Of a stretch of DNA of 64,000 nucleotides, positions 19,761-29,247 are shown in pieces. Position 1 is the first letter of the stretch. Each line of letters starts with the position of its first letter. Source of the DNA: Acidimicrobiia bacterium (GTDB taxonomy: Bacteria; Actinomycetota; Acidimicrobiia; Spongiisociales; ZC4RG35); assembly GCA_965220995.1 (NCBI GenBank), contig OZ244856.1, forward strand, positions 450,928 through 514,927. Reading direction: 5' to 3'. The position numbers and the translations under genes are program-made. The notes below the pieces were generated by a model. That model had not been told where the DNA came from and did no database searches. It worked only from the letters and a program-made list of their open reading frames with translations.

Positions 19761-20825
19761 TCATCCCTTGGGACGAATCACACCACCCTCCTTGACCACC
19801 TTTCCTTCCGACTCCAGTTCGCCGATCCTCACCAACATTCGCGACAGCGGCCAACCCGTTTTTTCCATGAGTTCCTGTACCGCGACGCCGCTATCCCCGA
19901 TGGCCGCCAGCAGTTCATCCTGCCCCTGATCCTGCGACTCCCCGACGGTGGGCGCCACCACGCCCTCGGACTCCAGGAATTCCAGCAATTCCGAGGTGCT
20001 CAGCACCGGCAGGGCGCCGTCGCGGATCAGTTCGTTGCACCCCCGGGAGGTGGCCCGGTCGATGTCGCCAGGGATCGCCAACACTTCCCGTCCCTGTTCC
20101 AAACCCAACCGGGCGCTGATCAAGGCCCCGCCGCCGATGGCTGCCTCCACCACCAGCACCACCCGGGACAGACCGGTGATGATGCGGTTTCGGACCGGAA
20201 AGCGCCAAGGCTCCGGCACGGTTCCCGGAGGATATTCGGTGACCACCGCCCCACCACCCTGCAACAAAGCCTCCCCCAGGCTCCGATGAGAGACCGGATA
20301 CCAGCGATCGGGACCCGAGCCCAACACCGCGATCCCGCGGCCACCCGCTTCCACCACGCCGCGATGGGCGGACCCGTCCACCCCGCGGGCCAGTCCGCTG
20401 ATCACCGCCACGCCCCTTCGTCCCAGGGCGGCGCCCATCGTGCGAGCCAGATTGAGGCCGTAGCGGGTCGCTCGCCTTGATCCCACCACCGCCACTCCGG
20501 CCTCGGCGGGCAGATCTCCTCTGACAAACAGCACATCCGGGGGATCAGGAATGGCGGCCAGCCAGGGGGGATATTCCTCCGTCCCCAGCAACACCACTCC
20601 CACCCCCGCCGTCCGAAGTTCTTCCATCCGCCGGGAACTGGGGACCGAAACGGCCTTACGGGCGGCCGGCGGGCACTTGACCCGCCCGGTCTCGATCATC
20701 CGCACCGCTCCGGCCGGATCGCCGGCCTTCTGCACCAGGGAGTGGAGCCGACCGGGATGCAAACCCGAGTAGGCCAGCCTCACCCGGTGATCGAAGTAGG
20801 GGCAGGGCGGCCGGGGCGCGTTCAC
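19761..20825 (-). CDS. dprA: DNA-processing protein DprA (Smf).
   Basis: DprA Rossmann core (VAVVGSRRATRYG...VISGLARGVDGSAHRG...VLGSGPD) and a C-terminal winged-helix-like tail. Confidence 0.85.
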   Translation of the reverse strand: MNAPRPPCPYFDHRVRLAYSGLHPGRLHSLVQKAGDPAGAVRMIETGRVKCPPAARKAVSVPSSRRMEELRTAGVGVVLLGTEEYPPWLAAIPDPPDVLFVRGDLPAEAGVAVVGSRRATRYGLNLARTMGAALGRRGVAVISGLARGVDGSAHRGVVEAGGRGIAVLGSGPDRWYPVSHRSLGEALLQGGGAVVTEYPPGTVPEPWRFPVRNRIITGLSRVVLVVEAAIGGGALISARLGLEQGREVLAIPGDIDRATSRGCNELIRDGALPVLSTSELLEFLESEGVVAPTVGESQDQGQDELLAAIGDSGVAVQELMEKTGWPLSRMLVRIGELESEGKVVKEGGVIRPKG

Positions 20826-22288
20826 AAACCGGCCCGGTAGGCCAGCGCTTCCAGAACGTGGGCTTTGCGCACCGGCGTAGAACCTTCCAGATCGGCCAGG
20901 GTGCGGGAGACCCGCCGAACCCGATCGTATCCCCTGCCGGTCAAAAGGCCCTGGTCCAGATTGCGGGAAAGCGCCTTTTTGGCCGGTTCGCTCCAGGACA
21001 GGGCGTCCAGGCGCGAGGAAGTGAGATCACCGTTCAGGGCGCCGCGGGCCACTTGTCTCCGGCGAGCCTGCTCCACTCGGCCGCCCACCGCGGCGCTTGT
21101 TTCACCGGGCGCCCCGGTGAGTTCATCGGTCTCCATGCGTCCCAGGAACACCCGCACATCAAACCGATCCAGCAGTGGGCCCGACAGACGCCGCCGATAG
21201 CGATCCAAAGAGGCGGGTGAGCATCGGCACCGCTTCACGGTGTCGTTGCGCCATCCACACGGGCAGGGATTGGTGGCGGCCACCACCAGGGGGCGTCCCG
21301 GGAAGGTGGTGGAGATGCCCCGGCGGGTGATGGTCACGCAACCTTCTTCCAGCGGTTGGCGAAGAGCATCGATCAGGTGAGCCGGAAACTCCCCCAATTC
21401 ATCCAGAAAGAGCACCCCGTGGTGGGCCAGAGACAGATCCCCGGGCACCGGTATTCCGCTTCCCCCTCCCAGCAGGCCCACCAGGGAGACGGTGTGATGG
21501 GGAGCGCGGAAGGGTCGCCCAAAACCGGTCCGCCGGCGGTCCCCGGCCGCCCAAACCAGGGCCAGTTCCATTTCTTCGGACTTGGTCAGGGGAGGAAGAA
21601 TGCCCGGCAGGCGCTTGGCCAGCATGGTTTTTCCCATACCGGGAGGTCCCGACATCAGAAGATGGTGCCCGCCGGCGGCCGCGATTTCCATTCCCCGCCG
21701 TGCGAAGTCCTGACCCCTCACCTCCGCCAGGTCGAGCGCCGAAGAAGCGGGTGGCCGTTCGGCGTTCGGAACCACCGGTTCGACCTCCCCTTCCAGTACC
21801 CCGATGGCGTCCGACAATCTCTCCACCGCATACAGTTCCACCTCGGGCACCAGGGCCGCCTCCGACAGAGCCTCCCGGGGCGCCAGACAGGGAAGACCCT
21901 TCCGGGCAGCCACCAGGGCGGCGGCCAGGACGCCTTTGGACCGGCGCACCCGGCCATCCAGAGCCAATTCCCCAACCGCCACCACCCCCGGATGCCGGGG
22001 GGCGGCCTTGCCGTCGGCGATCAGCACCCCCAGGGCGATGGGAAGATCATATGCGGAACCGGCCTTGGGCAGGTCGGCCGGGGCCAGGTTGACGGTAACT
22101 TCGCTGCGGGGCATGTCATAACCCGACGACGCCATGGCGGCCTTCACCCGATAACGAGCCTCCCTCACGGCCGTGTCCGGCAGACCCACCAATCCGAACT
22201 TGGAGTTGGTCCTGCCCAGGTGCACCTCCACATTGACCGCCCGGGGATCGACCCCCACCATGGCAGCGGATAACATTGCACTGTTCAT
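20822..22288 (-). CDS. comM: YifB/ComM-family Mg-chelatase-like AAA+ ATPase.
   Basis: Lon-like N-domain, Walker A (MSGPPGMGKTMLAKRL) and a C-terminal ChlI/Mg-chelatase domain. Confidence 0.85.
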   Translation of the reverse strand: MNSAMLSAAMVGVDPRAVNVEVHLGRTNSKFGLVGLPDTAVREARYRVKAAMASSGYDMPRSEVTVNLAPADLPKAGSAYDLPIALGVLIADGKAAPRHPGVVAVGELALDGRVRRSKGVLAAALVAARKGLPCLAPREALSEAALVPEVELYAVERLSDAIGVLEGEVEPVVPNAERPPASSALDLAEVRGQDFARRGMEIAAAGGHHLLMSGPPGMGKTMLAKRLPGILPPLTKSEEMELALVWAAGDRRRTGFGRPFRAPHHTVSLVGLLGGGSGIPVPGDLSLAHHGVLFLDELGEFPAHLIDALRQPLEEGCVTITRRGISTTFPGRPLVVAATNPCPCGWRNDTVKRCRCSPASLDRYRRRLSGPLLDRFDVRVFLGRMETDELTGAPGETSAAVGGRVEQARRRQVARGALNGDLTSSRLDALSWSEPAKKALSRNLDQGLLTGRGYDRVRRVSRTLADLEGSTPVRKAHVLEALAYRAGL

Positions 22289-22396
22289 CCGGACATCGTG
22301 TGCCCGTCTGCCAGAGGATGTCCAGCGAACTTTCCTGGGTTTCCCCGCGACTCAGCGGATTAGTTCACACTCCGCGGCCCCGGAAGACGAGTCGGG

Positions 22397-23173
22397 TCAG
22401 GAGCCCTCGAAACGAGCAGGACGCTTCTCCAGGAAAGACTCCACTCCCTCCCGGTGATCGTCGGTGTGAAGACAAATCGCCTGAGCCTGACCCTCCCAGA
22501 CGGTCGCCTCCTCCAGAGAAAGCTCCCAGGACCGATTCAAGGCCTGCTTGATAAACATCTGCGCCACCGGAGCGCCCACAGAAAACCGCCCGGCGACCTC
22601 GGCGGCGCGTTCGGTCAGCGCCCCTTCGTCCACCACCTCCCACACCAACCCGTTTTGCAACGCCTCCTCCGCCGGGATCATCCGTCCCGACAGGGCCGCC
22701 TCCCGGGCGAATTGCGCCCCGGCCAGCCGGGGAAGCATCCAACTGAGTCCCATGTCCAGACTCAGTCCCCGACGCACAAAAATGGCCGAGAAGCGGGCTC
22801 GCCGGGTGGCGATCACCACGTCACAGCCCAACGCCAGGCTCATACCCGCCCCCACCGCCACGCCATCCACCGCCGCCACGGTCGGCTTGCTCAACCGGTG
22901 CAGAGCCAGGGCCGTCTCGCCCACCACCTTCAGGCGGTCCCGGGCATCAATGATCCCCGGAGAACGCAAACCGGCCTCCGGATCAAGATCGGCCCCCGCA
23001 CAAAAATCCCCACCGCGGCCCGAGATCACCAGCACCCGCTGGGGAGAGTCCTCGAAAACCTCCAAGGCGTCCCGCAGTTGCGACCACCCCTCCGGCGGGA
23101 TCGCATTCTTACGAGCAGGCCGGTTCAGCCACAACCACCGTACCGGCCCACGGTCCTCCGTTTGCAGCCACAT
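22397..23173 (-). CDS. Enoyl-CoA hydratase/isomerase (crotonase) family protein.
   Basis: Crotonase-fold signature (LNRPARKNA...GGDFCAGADL), 258 aa. Inserted between comM and yraN relative to mycobacterial synteny. Confidence 0.75.
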   Translation of the reverse strand: MWLQTEDRGPVRWLWLNRPARKNAIPPEGWSQLRDALEVFEDSPQRVLVISGRGGDFCAGADLDPEAGLRSPGIIDARDRLKVVGETALALHRLSKPTVAAVDGVAVGAGMSLALGCDVVIATRRARFSAIFVRRGLSLDMGLSWMLPRLAGAQFAREAALSGRMIPAEEALQNGLVWEVVDEGALTERAAEVAGRFSVGAPVAQMFIKQALNRSWELSLEEATVWEGQAQAICLHTDDHREGVESFLEKRPARFEGS

Positions 23174-23212
23174 TCTTTCGTAGGGTAGGCAAACGCGCTA
23201 GGTTCAACCCAC

Positions 23213-23326
23213 ATGGGATTCAATCCGTTTCGACCTCGGGAAAAAACGACGGGCGACGTGGTGATGGTGGCCGTGGCGTTGGCGGTGATCGCCGCGGCGG
23301 TGCTGTGGGCCCTCTTCTCCGGATAG
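23213..23326 (+). CDS. Hypothetical 37-aa small protein with a single hydrophobic (TM-like) helix. Below the ORF-track size cut-off.
   Basis: ATG...TAG ORF encoding MGFNPFRPREKTTGDVVMVAVALAVIAAAVLWALFSG, in a divergent intergenic gap. No other support. Confidence 0.25.
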   Translation: MGFNPFRPREKTTGDVVMVAVALAVIAAAVLWALFSG

Positions 23327-23330
23327 TTTT

Positions 23331-23672
23331 TCATACCAGCCTCGGCAGCCACAGGATATTCACTCCCCGATCATCAAAACCCACCGCGATCAGATCCACC
23401 CTCCGGGCGCGCACCAACGGGGAAGCCGCCAGTCTTGCCACCTGCCGCACCTTCGCATCGTCGAAATATCGGAGTGCGTCCCCGAACCCCGATGGGCCGC
23501 TCGCCCATCGACTCCTCACTTCCACGACGGCCCTCTCCCCGTCGATCCGGGCCAGGATGTCTATTTCCCCCCGGCCCACCACCATATTGCGGGCCAGCAC
23601 CCGGTGACCGCGGCGTTCCAAAAAGCGGGCGGCCAGACCTTCGGCCATCCGACCCGTTTCTCCCCGATCCAT
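23331..23672 (-). CDS. yraN: YraN-family (UPF0102) predicted endonuclease.
   Basis: GRGEIDILA...AVVEVRSR core of the UPF0102 family. Sits next to comM as in mycobacteria (Rv2898c). Start set at an internal Met (MDRGETG); the track ORF extends to 23753. Confidence 0.7.
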   Translation of the reverse strand: MDRGETGRMAEGLAARFLERRGHRVLARNMVVGRGEIDILARIDGERAVVEVRSRWASGPSGFGDALRYFDDAKVRQVARLAASPLVRARRVDLIAVGFDDRGVNILWLPRLV

Positions 23673-23846
23673 GTGCAGCCCGGTTCCTGTTTCCCCGATC
23701 TGTTCCTGTCCCATTCCCTGAATTAAGGAAAGCGGGTGTGACAGGTCAAGCACTCACCGGAGTTTCTCGGTGGAACGCATACCGGCGGCCACCGGCGCAA
23801 TCAGCCTTCTCCCCCCGACAGGGATACCGGATAGGGGCCGGGCGGC

Positions 23847-24113
23847 AATCTGTGAAATCAGACACTATGTCGCGAAACCGCCCCCGAAATTCCTGTCCCG
23901 AGGGCCCGCCCCCGCCACCACCTTTCCTGGGGTCGGGACGCGAATCCACCATACAGAACGAGGATTTCGTATTCCCAACAATATGGTCCCTGCGGCCGGT
24001 CTGGACGACGTCGGAACAGACCGGGAGGTGCTTGACTCCTATCACTATGTGACACCCGGGAGACAAAGTCAAGCCAAGAGCCACCCTGTTTTTCGCGACC
24101 CTCCCCAATCACC
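23847..24113. repeat. Copy A of a conserved ~268-nt intergenic structured element; candidate ncRNA or MITE-like repeat.
   Basis: About 90% identical to 63256..63524 in the same orientation. Shared ends: aatctgtgaaatcagacactat at the left and ccctccccaat at the right. Terminal inverted repeat GTCGCGAAA / TTTCGCGAC. Internal hairpin CCGGTCTG...CAGACCGG is identical in both copies. A second hairpin keeps its stem but has a different loop sequence in the two copies. Confidence 0.6.
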
Positions 24114-24168
24114 TATCCACGCAGTCTCTAAGAAACCCCGGCATGTCGGTTATCCGCTTGGCTCCCGG

Positions 24169-24801
24169 TCAAATACCGCCCAGGCGGCCCGGCGGCCAGA
24201 TCCGCAACACGGCTTTGCCCACCACATTGTCCCCGGGCACAACCCCGAACACCCGGCTGTCGGATGATCTTCCGCGATTGTCGCCCATGACGAAAAGATG
24301 ATCCTCCTCCACCACCACTATCAGGTTTTCCTCCGATGTGAAGGAGCCCAGATAAGGCTCGTTCAGCAGTTCTCCGTTCAGCCACACCTCATTGCCCCGG
24401 ATCTCGATTCGATCGCCTCCCGTGGCGATCACTCGCTTGATCAGGTCTGCCTCCGAGATGTCATACCACCCGAACGCTTCCCGAACCTCATGCCACACCA
24501 CCTGCACAAGATTGCGATCCGGTTCAACCCGTCCGGGGGGAGAGAACACCACCACATCCCCCCGACCGGGGTCGCCGAACAGATAGCTCACCTTGGAGAC
24601 CATCACTCGGTCTCCCACCTGCAAAGTGGGATGCATGGATTGTGACGGGATCTCAAAAGGCTGGATGAGAAGGGCTTTGATCAGCACGGCCAGGGCCACC
24701 GCCCCCAACAGCAGCACCGCCATCTCCACCACGGCCGAACGAATGGAGCGACCCCGGTGGCCCGAAGGCTCTGGAGAACTGTTCCCGGGCAGGTCGGTCA
24801 C
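24169..24801 (-). CDS. lepB: Signal peptidase I.
   Basis: N-terminal TM. Catalytic Ser box PSQSMHPTL, and GDNRGRSSDSR near the C-terminus. Confidence 0.85.
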   Translation of the reverse strand: MTDLPGNSSPEPSGHRGRSIRSAVVEMAVLLLGAVALAVLIKALLIQPFEIPSQSMHPTLQVGDRVMVSKVSYLFGDPGRGDVVVFSPPGRVEPDRNLVQVVWHEVREAFGWYDISEADLIKRVIATGGDRIEIRGNEVWLNGELLNEPYLGSFTSEENLIVVVEEDHLFVMGDNRGRSSDSRVFGVVPGDNVVGKAVLRIWPPGRLGGI

Positions 24802-24848
24802 CGGCCACTCCCCGGGGGCTGGGACAGGGCTTTCCGACGGCAGGTGGG

Positions 24849-25193
24849 TCAGTCGCGTCTCTCTTTGATGCGCGCCGACTTGCCGGAACGGCCCCGCAGA
24901 TAGTTGAGCTTGGCCCTGCGAACCAGTCCCTTGCGGAGAACCTCGATTCTGCTCACAATCGGAGCATGCACCGGGAATATTCGTTCGACGCCGACCCCGA
25001 AGCTGATCTTGCGAACGGTGAATGTCTCCTGCAAACCCCCTCCGCTGCGACCGATCACCACTCCTTCAAAAACCTGAATACGCTCGCGGCCCGCCTCCAT
25101 CACCCGCACGTGGACACGCACCGTGTCCCCCGGGCGGAAGTCGGGAAGGTCTTCCCTCAGATAATTCTGCTCGAGCAACTGGATATCGTTCAT
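24849..25193 (-). CDS. rplS: 50S ribosomal protein L19.
   Basis: 114 aa with a typical bL19 sequence ([13 protein letters not shown]...[11 protein letters not shown]). Confidence 0.9.
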   Translation of the reverse strand: MNDIQLLEQNYLREDLPDFRPGDTVRVHVRVMEAGRERIQVFEGVVIGRSGGGLQETFTVRKISFGVGVERIFPVHAPIVSRIEVLRKGLVRRAKLNYLRGRSGKSARIKERRD

Positions 25194-25272
25194 GGGTCCA
25201 ACCTGTCGTGTCCGAAATATAAGGGGAGGGGTGACGGCGTCTGCCGGAACACCAGTGTACCACCCCCGACAG

Positions 25273-25944
25273 TCAGTGATCCTCTCCCCACAAGTCCGGC
25301 CGACGCCGACGGGTACGCTCCTGTCTTCGGGCAGTCCGCCAGCGGGCTATTTCCCGGTGGTTGCCCGATAAAAGTACCTCTGGGACCGACCACTCCCGGA
25401 AGGTGGCCGGGCGGGTATAGACCGGTTCCTCCAGCAGACCCTCCCGAAAGGACTCGAACACCACCGAGTCGGGGTTGCCGACTGCATTGGGCAGGAGCCG
25501 GACCATGCCCTCCAAGACCAGCAGGGCGGCCACCTCTCCGCCCGCCAGCACAAAATCCCCCACCGACACCTGTTCGTCGATGAAGTGCTCGGCGATTCGC
25601 TCATCCACTCCTTCGTAGCGCCCGCACACCAGGGTGAGATGATCAAGTTGCGCCCATCGATCCAAGGTGGCCTGATCCAGACGGTCCCCCGCCGGAGCAA
25701 AAAGCACCCGGTGAGTGTCCTCCAGGGGGTCGAGCGCCCGAGCCAGGGGTCCGGGCATCATGACCATCCCGGGGCCACCTCCGAAAGGGGCGTCGTCCAC
25801 CGCCCGATGAGCCCCCCGGGCATAGTCTCGCAGATCTATCAGGTCCACTTCGATCAGACTCGACTCCACGGCCCGGCCCACTACCCCCAACCCCATCGCC
25901 TGAGGGAAATAGGTGGGAAAGATGGTGATTATCGAGATCTTCAT
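25273..25944 (-). CDS. trmD: tRNA (guanine37-N1)-methyltransferase.
   Basis: [11 protein letters not shown]-terminus and a SPOUT-fold pattern. Start set at the Met 8 codons into the track ORF. Confidence 0.85.
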   Translation of the reverse strand: MKISIITIFPTYFPQAMGLGVVGRAVESSLIEVDLIDLRDYARGAHRAVDDAPFGGGPGMVMMPGPLARALDPLEDTHRVLFAPAGDRLDQATLDRWAQLDHLTLVCGRYEGVDERIAEHFIDEQVSVGDFVLAGGEVAALLVLEGMVRLLPNAVGNPDSVVFESFREGLLEEPVYTRPATFREWSVPEVLLSGNHREIARWRTARRQERTRRRRPDLWGEDH

Positions 25945-26076
25945 GTTCCGAACCGCCGGACCTTCCAAAAGCCCTGATCGCCCTCCACATTATCCTTCCC
26001 CACCATTGTGGTGGGCTGCATTTCTCGGGTTGTGACCAGGACCGTCGGCCCACGGTTTCGGTGCGGGTAAGGCGCG

Positions 26077-27009
26077 ATGTCGAAAACCGAACCCACCCAC
26101 CGGGAGGCCACTTCCGGGGATTCGCTCCCCGAGACCGCCCGCCGGGTGGGAGAACATCCCGGTGACCACGCTCGACTCGACGCCATCATGGCCCACGCCC
26201 CCCACGAGAACTTTCCCGTGGCGCTCTCGATCCTGCCGGGCCGCTACCGAACCCACCTGCGGGCCATCTACGGCTATGCCCGACTGGTCGACAATCTGGG
26301 CGATGAATACCCGGGTAATCGAACCGGGGCGCTGAACTGGCTGGAGAGTCAACTCGACGCCCTGTTCGCCGGGGCGGATTCCCACCCGGTTCTCCGGCGG
26401 TTGGCGCCCACGGTGGCGCAATTCGGGCTGTCGAGGACCCCGTTCGACCAGTTGCTGGCCGCCAATCGATGGGACCAGCGCCGCGCCGGCTATGCCAATT
26501 GGAACGAACTGATGGAATACTGCGAGCTGTCGGCCAACCCGGTGGGCCATCTCGTTCTGTCGGTGTTCGAGTCGGCCACCCCCGATCGCCTGGCTGCTTC
26601 CGACGCGGTGTGCAGCGGTTTACAGGTCCTGGAACATCTCCAGGACGTGGGGGAGGATGCCCGGGCGGGCCGGGTCTATCTGCCGGCGGACGACCTGGAG
26701 CGATTCGGATGCACAATCGAGGATCTGACCGCGGCCAACACCTCGCCGGGGCTGCGGCGGGTGGTGGAACGCCAGGCGATCCGGGCCGCGGAAATGATGA
26801 ACAAGGGTCGATGGCTGGTGGGGTCGCTTCGGGGTTGGGCCAGGGTGGCCGTCTCGGGGTACGTGGCGGGAGGATTGTCGGGACTGGCAGCTTTGAAAAC
26901 CTGCGAATACAACGTACTGCCAAGCGCCCGGCCGGCCGGCTCCGTTGCTGTGCTGCGCCGCTACCTCCCTTTGTATCTCCGATCTGCGCTCCGCCGCAGT
27001 GGAAACTGA
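26077..27009 (+). CDS. hpnC: Squalene/phytoene-synthase-family enzyme, HpnC-like (hydroxysqualene synthase).
   Basis: trans-isoprenyl-diphosphate-synthase head-to-head fold. ENFPVA motif and YARLVDNLGDE Asp-rich box, typical of HpnC. The true start may be the internal Met at about 26185. Confidence 0.6.
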   Translation: MSKTEPTHREATSGDSLPETARRVGEHPGDHARLDAIMAHAPHENFPVALSILPGRYRTHLRAIYGYARLVDNLGDEYPGNRTGALNWLESQLDALFAGADSHPVLRRLAPTVAQFGLSRTPFDQLLAANRWDQRRAGYANWNELMEYCELSANPVGHLVLSVFESATPDRLAASDAVCSGLQVLEHLQDVGEDARAGRVYLPADDLERFGCTIEDLTAANTSPGLRRVVERQAIRAAEMMNKGRWLVGSLRGWARVAVSGYVAGGLSGLAALKTCEYNVLPSARPAGSVAVLRRYLPLYLRSALRRSGN

Positions 27010-27028
27010 ATCGGGTTGGGAACGCGGA

Positions 27029-27898
27029 ATGGTCACTACCGAATCGGCATACCGGCAATGCCAGAAGATAACCTGGGCCGAGGCCCGGAATTTTGCTTAT
27101 GGCATCCGGCTTCTGCCTTCCGACAAAAGACGGGCGATGGCGGCGCTGTACGCCATGTCCCGGCGAATTGACGATATCGGTGACGGCGACTGGCCGTCCG
27201 ACCGGAAACTGCGAGCCCTGGACCACCTGCACGCCACGATCCGCGCACTGGAAGCCGGCCGGATTCCCGATCCCGATGATCCGGTGTTGGTGGGTCTGGG
27301 TGACGCCGCCCGCCGTTTTCCCATTCCCCTGGCGGCGCTGCATGAGATCGTGGAGGGTTGCGAACAGGACGTCCGGGGCAAGACTTATCAGACCATGCAG
27401 GACACGGTTGCCTACTGTCGCCTGGTGGCCGGGTCGGTGGGTCGGCTGTCGTTGGGTATCTTCGGTAGCCGGTCGGGCCCACCCCATCCCCGGCCGGAAC
27501 CCTCCGAGATGGCCGATGACCTGGGAGTAGCCCTGCAGCTCACCAATATGCTGCGCGACATCACAGAAGACCATCGGATGGGACGCATCTACCTCCCCGA
27601 GCAGGACCGGGACCGCTTCGGCATCGCTTCGGGCCAGTGGGCGCCGCCTGATCGGGTGGCGGCGCTGGTCGAGCATGTCGCCCGGCAGGCGACGACGTGG
27701 TTTGAACGGGGATTGCCCCTGTTGGACTACCTCGACCCGCGCAGCCGGGCCTGCACGGCGGCCATGGTTGGTATCTACCGACGGGTCCTGCACCGCATTC
27801 GATCCGAACCCACCCGTCCGCTTCACGAACGAGTGGGCCTTCCGGTGTGGGAAAAGATGCTGGTGGCGGGTCGCAGTCTTTCCGGTTTGCGGCCTTGA
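27029..27898 (+). CDS. hpnD: Presqualene diphosphate synthase HpnD-like (phytoene/squalene synthase family).
   Basis: ARNFAYGIRLLPSDKRRAMAALYAMSRRIDDIGDG and a second Asp-rich region NMLRDITEDHRMGRIYLP. Confidence 0.6.
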   Translation: MVTTESAYRQCQKITWAEARNFAYGIRLLPSDKRRAMAALYAMSRRIDDIGDGDWPSDRKLRALDHLHATIRALEAGRIPDPDDPVLVGLGDAARRFPIPLAALHEIVEGCEQDVRGKTYQTMQDTVAYCRLVAGSVGRLSLGIFGSRSGPPHPRPEPSEMADDLGVALQLTNMLRDITEDHRMGRIYLPEQDRDRFGIASGQWAPPDRVAALVEHVARQATTWFERGLPLLDYLDPRSRACTAAMVGIYRRVLHRIRSEPTRPLHERVGLPVWEKMLVAGRSLSGLRP

Positions 27899-27915
27899 GA
27901 CAAGACCGGCCGCGA

Positions 27916-29247
27916 GTGGTGGTGGTGGGGGGAGGACTGGCCGGTCTGGCGGCGGGGATTGAAGCCGCCGATCGGGGAGCGGCGGTGACCCTGTTGGAGC
28001 GGCGACCGCGTCTGGGAGGCGCCACGTGGTCCTTTCGACGCCGGGGAATCTGGTTCGACAACGGACAGCACGTCTTCCTACGCTGCTGCGACTCCTACCT
28101 GGCGTTCCTTCGGCGCATCGGCTCGGCCGACCAGGTGTTCCTTCAGGAGCGCCTGAAGATCCCCGTCCTGCGTCCCGGTGGACCGATCGGATCGATCCAC
28201 CGCACCGCCGGGCCCGCCCCGCTTCATCTGGCCCGGTCTCTGCTCTCCTATCCGCACCTGAGTCTCCGCCAGAGAGTCGGTGTGTTGCGAGCCGGCGGGG
28301 CTCTCCGTCGACTCGATCCCGACGATCCGTCGCTGGACAAAGTGACATTCGGCGACTGGCTGACCGCCCACCGACAGGACACCGAGGCCATCGACACGTT
28401 CTGGAACCTGGTGATATTGCCCACCGTCAACGTTTCGGCCTGGTCGGCCTCTCTCAAACTGGCCGCCAAGGTATTTGTGACGGGACTTCTGACCCAGGCT
28501 TCCGCCGCCGATATCGGCTGGGCCAAGGCACCGCTTTCGGTTCTTCACGCCGATGCCGCCCAACAAGCCTTGGAGAGGACCGGATCGCAGGTCAGGACCG
28601 GCGTCGGGGTCACCGGCGTCCGCCCAGGGCCTAGTGGTAAACCTCAGGTGCGGATCCAAAGCGATGTGATCGCTGCCGACTCGGTGGTGGTGGCGGTGCC
28701 TCACGACGAGGTCGGCGCCCTGTTGCCGCCCCGAAGCGTCCCCTCCCAGGACCGGCTGAAGAACCTGGGAGTCTCCCCCATTGTGAACGTTCACCTGGTG
28801 TACGATCGGACGGTGACGGAAAAGCCGATGTTCGCGGCGGTGGGAAGCGACGTGCAGTACGTATTCGACCGAACGGAAGGGGCCGGGTTGGACGATGGCC
28901 GCCAGTGTCTCACCATTTCCCTGTCCGCGGCCGATGCATACATCGGTCGCGGTTCGGCCGATCTGATCGAACACTTCAGCCGGGAGCTGACCCGCCTGCT
29001 GCCCGCCGCGGGGAGGGCCCGGATCACCGAGGCGATGGTCACCCGGGAAGGGTCCGCCACTTTCTTCGGCGCCCCGGGAACCAATGCCCTGCGGGCGGGC
29101 GTCCGGTCCGAAATACCCGGGATCTACCTGGCCGGGGCCTGGTGCGACACCGGATGGCCCGCCACCATGGAGGGAGCGGTCCGAAGTGGTGTCAAGGCCG
29201 GTCGACTGGCAGCGGAATTCGCGGCCGGCGGCCGGGCGGCAGCATGA
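27916..29247 (+). CDS. hpnE: FAD-dependent amine-oxidase-family desaturase, HpnE-like (hydroxysqualene dehydrogenase).
   Basis: GxGxxG dinucleotide fold VVVVGGGLAGLAAG immediately after a GTG start at 27916. A TTG at 27895 overlapping the hpnD stop is also possible. 440-450 aa as for HpnE; C-terminal amine-oxidase region. Confidence 0.6.
   Translation: MVVVGGGLAGLAAGIEAADRGAAVTLLERRPRLGGATWSFRRRGIWFDNGQHVFLRCCDSYLAFLRRIGSADQVFLQERLKIPVLRPGGPIGSIHRTAGPAPLHLARSLLSYPHLSLRQRVGVLRAGGALRRLDPDDPSLDKVTFGDWLTAHRQDTEAIDTFWNLVILPTVNVSAWSASLKLAAKVFVTGLLTQASAADIGWAKAPLSVLHADAAQQALERTGSQVRTGVGVTGVRPGPSGKPQVRIQSDVIAADSVVVAVPHDEVGALLPPRSVPSQDRLKNLGVSPIVNVHLVYDRTVTEKPMFAAVGSDVQYVFDRTEGAGLDDGRQCLTISLSAADAYIGRGSADLIEHFSRELTRLLPAAGRARITEAMVTREGSATFFGAPGTNALRAGVRSEIPGIYLAGAWCDTGWPATMEGAVRSGVKAGRLAAEFAAGGRAAA

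Noticed and set aside
17885-19795. 636-aa + ORF antisense to rpsB and xerC.
   Set aside because: Spans two well-supported minus-strand genes; low complexity.
23746-24108. 120-aa and 81-aa minus-strand ORFs (MGRVAKNRVA...) inside repeat copies A and B.
   Set aside because: The two translations agree only where the nucleotides are near-identical, then diverge completely. TTG start with no RBS. The element looks like structured RNA, so these are more likely chance frames; this is kept open in the findings.
26186-28348. 720-aa minus-strand ORF across hpnC/hpnD/hpnE.
   Set aside because: Antisense to three domain-supported genes; Pro/Arg/Gly-rich.
28905-29243. 113-codon N-terminal extension of the polyprenyl-synthase ORF in the track.
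   Set aside because: It overlaps the hpnE 3' end in another frame. An ATG overlapping the hpnE stop gives a normal-length enzyme.
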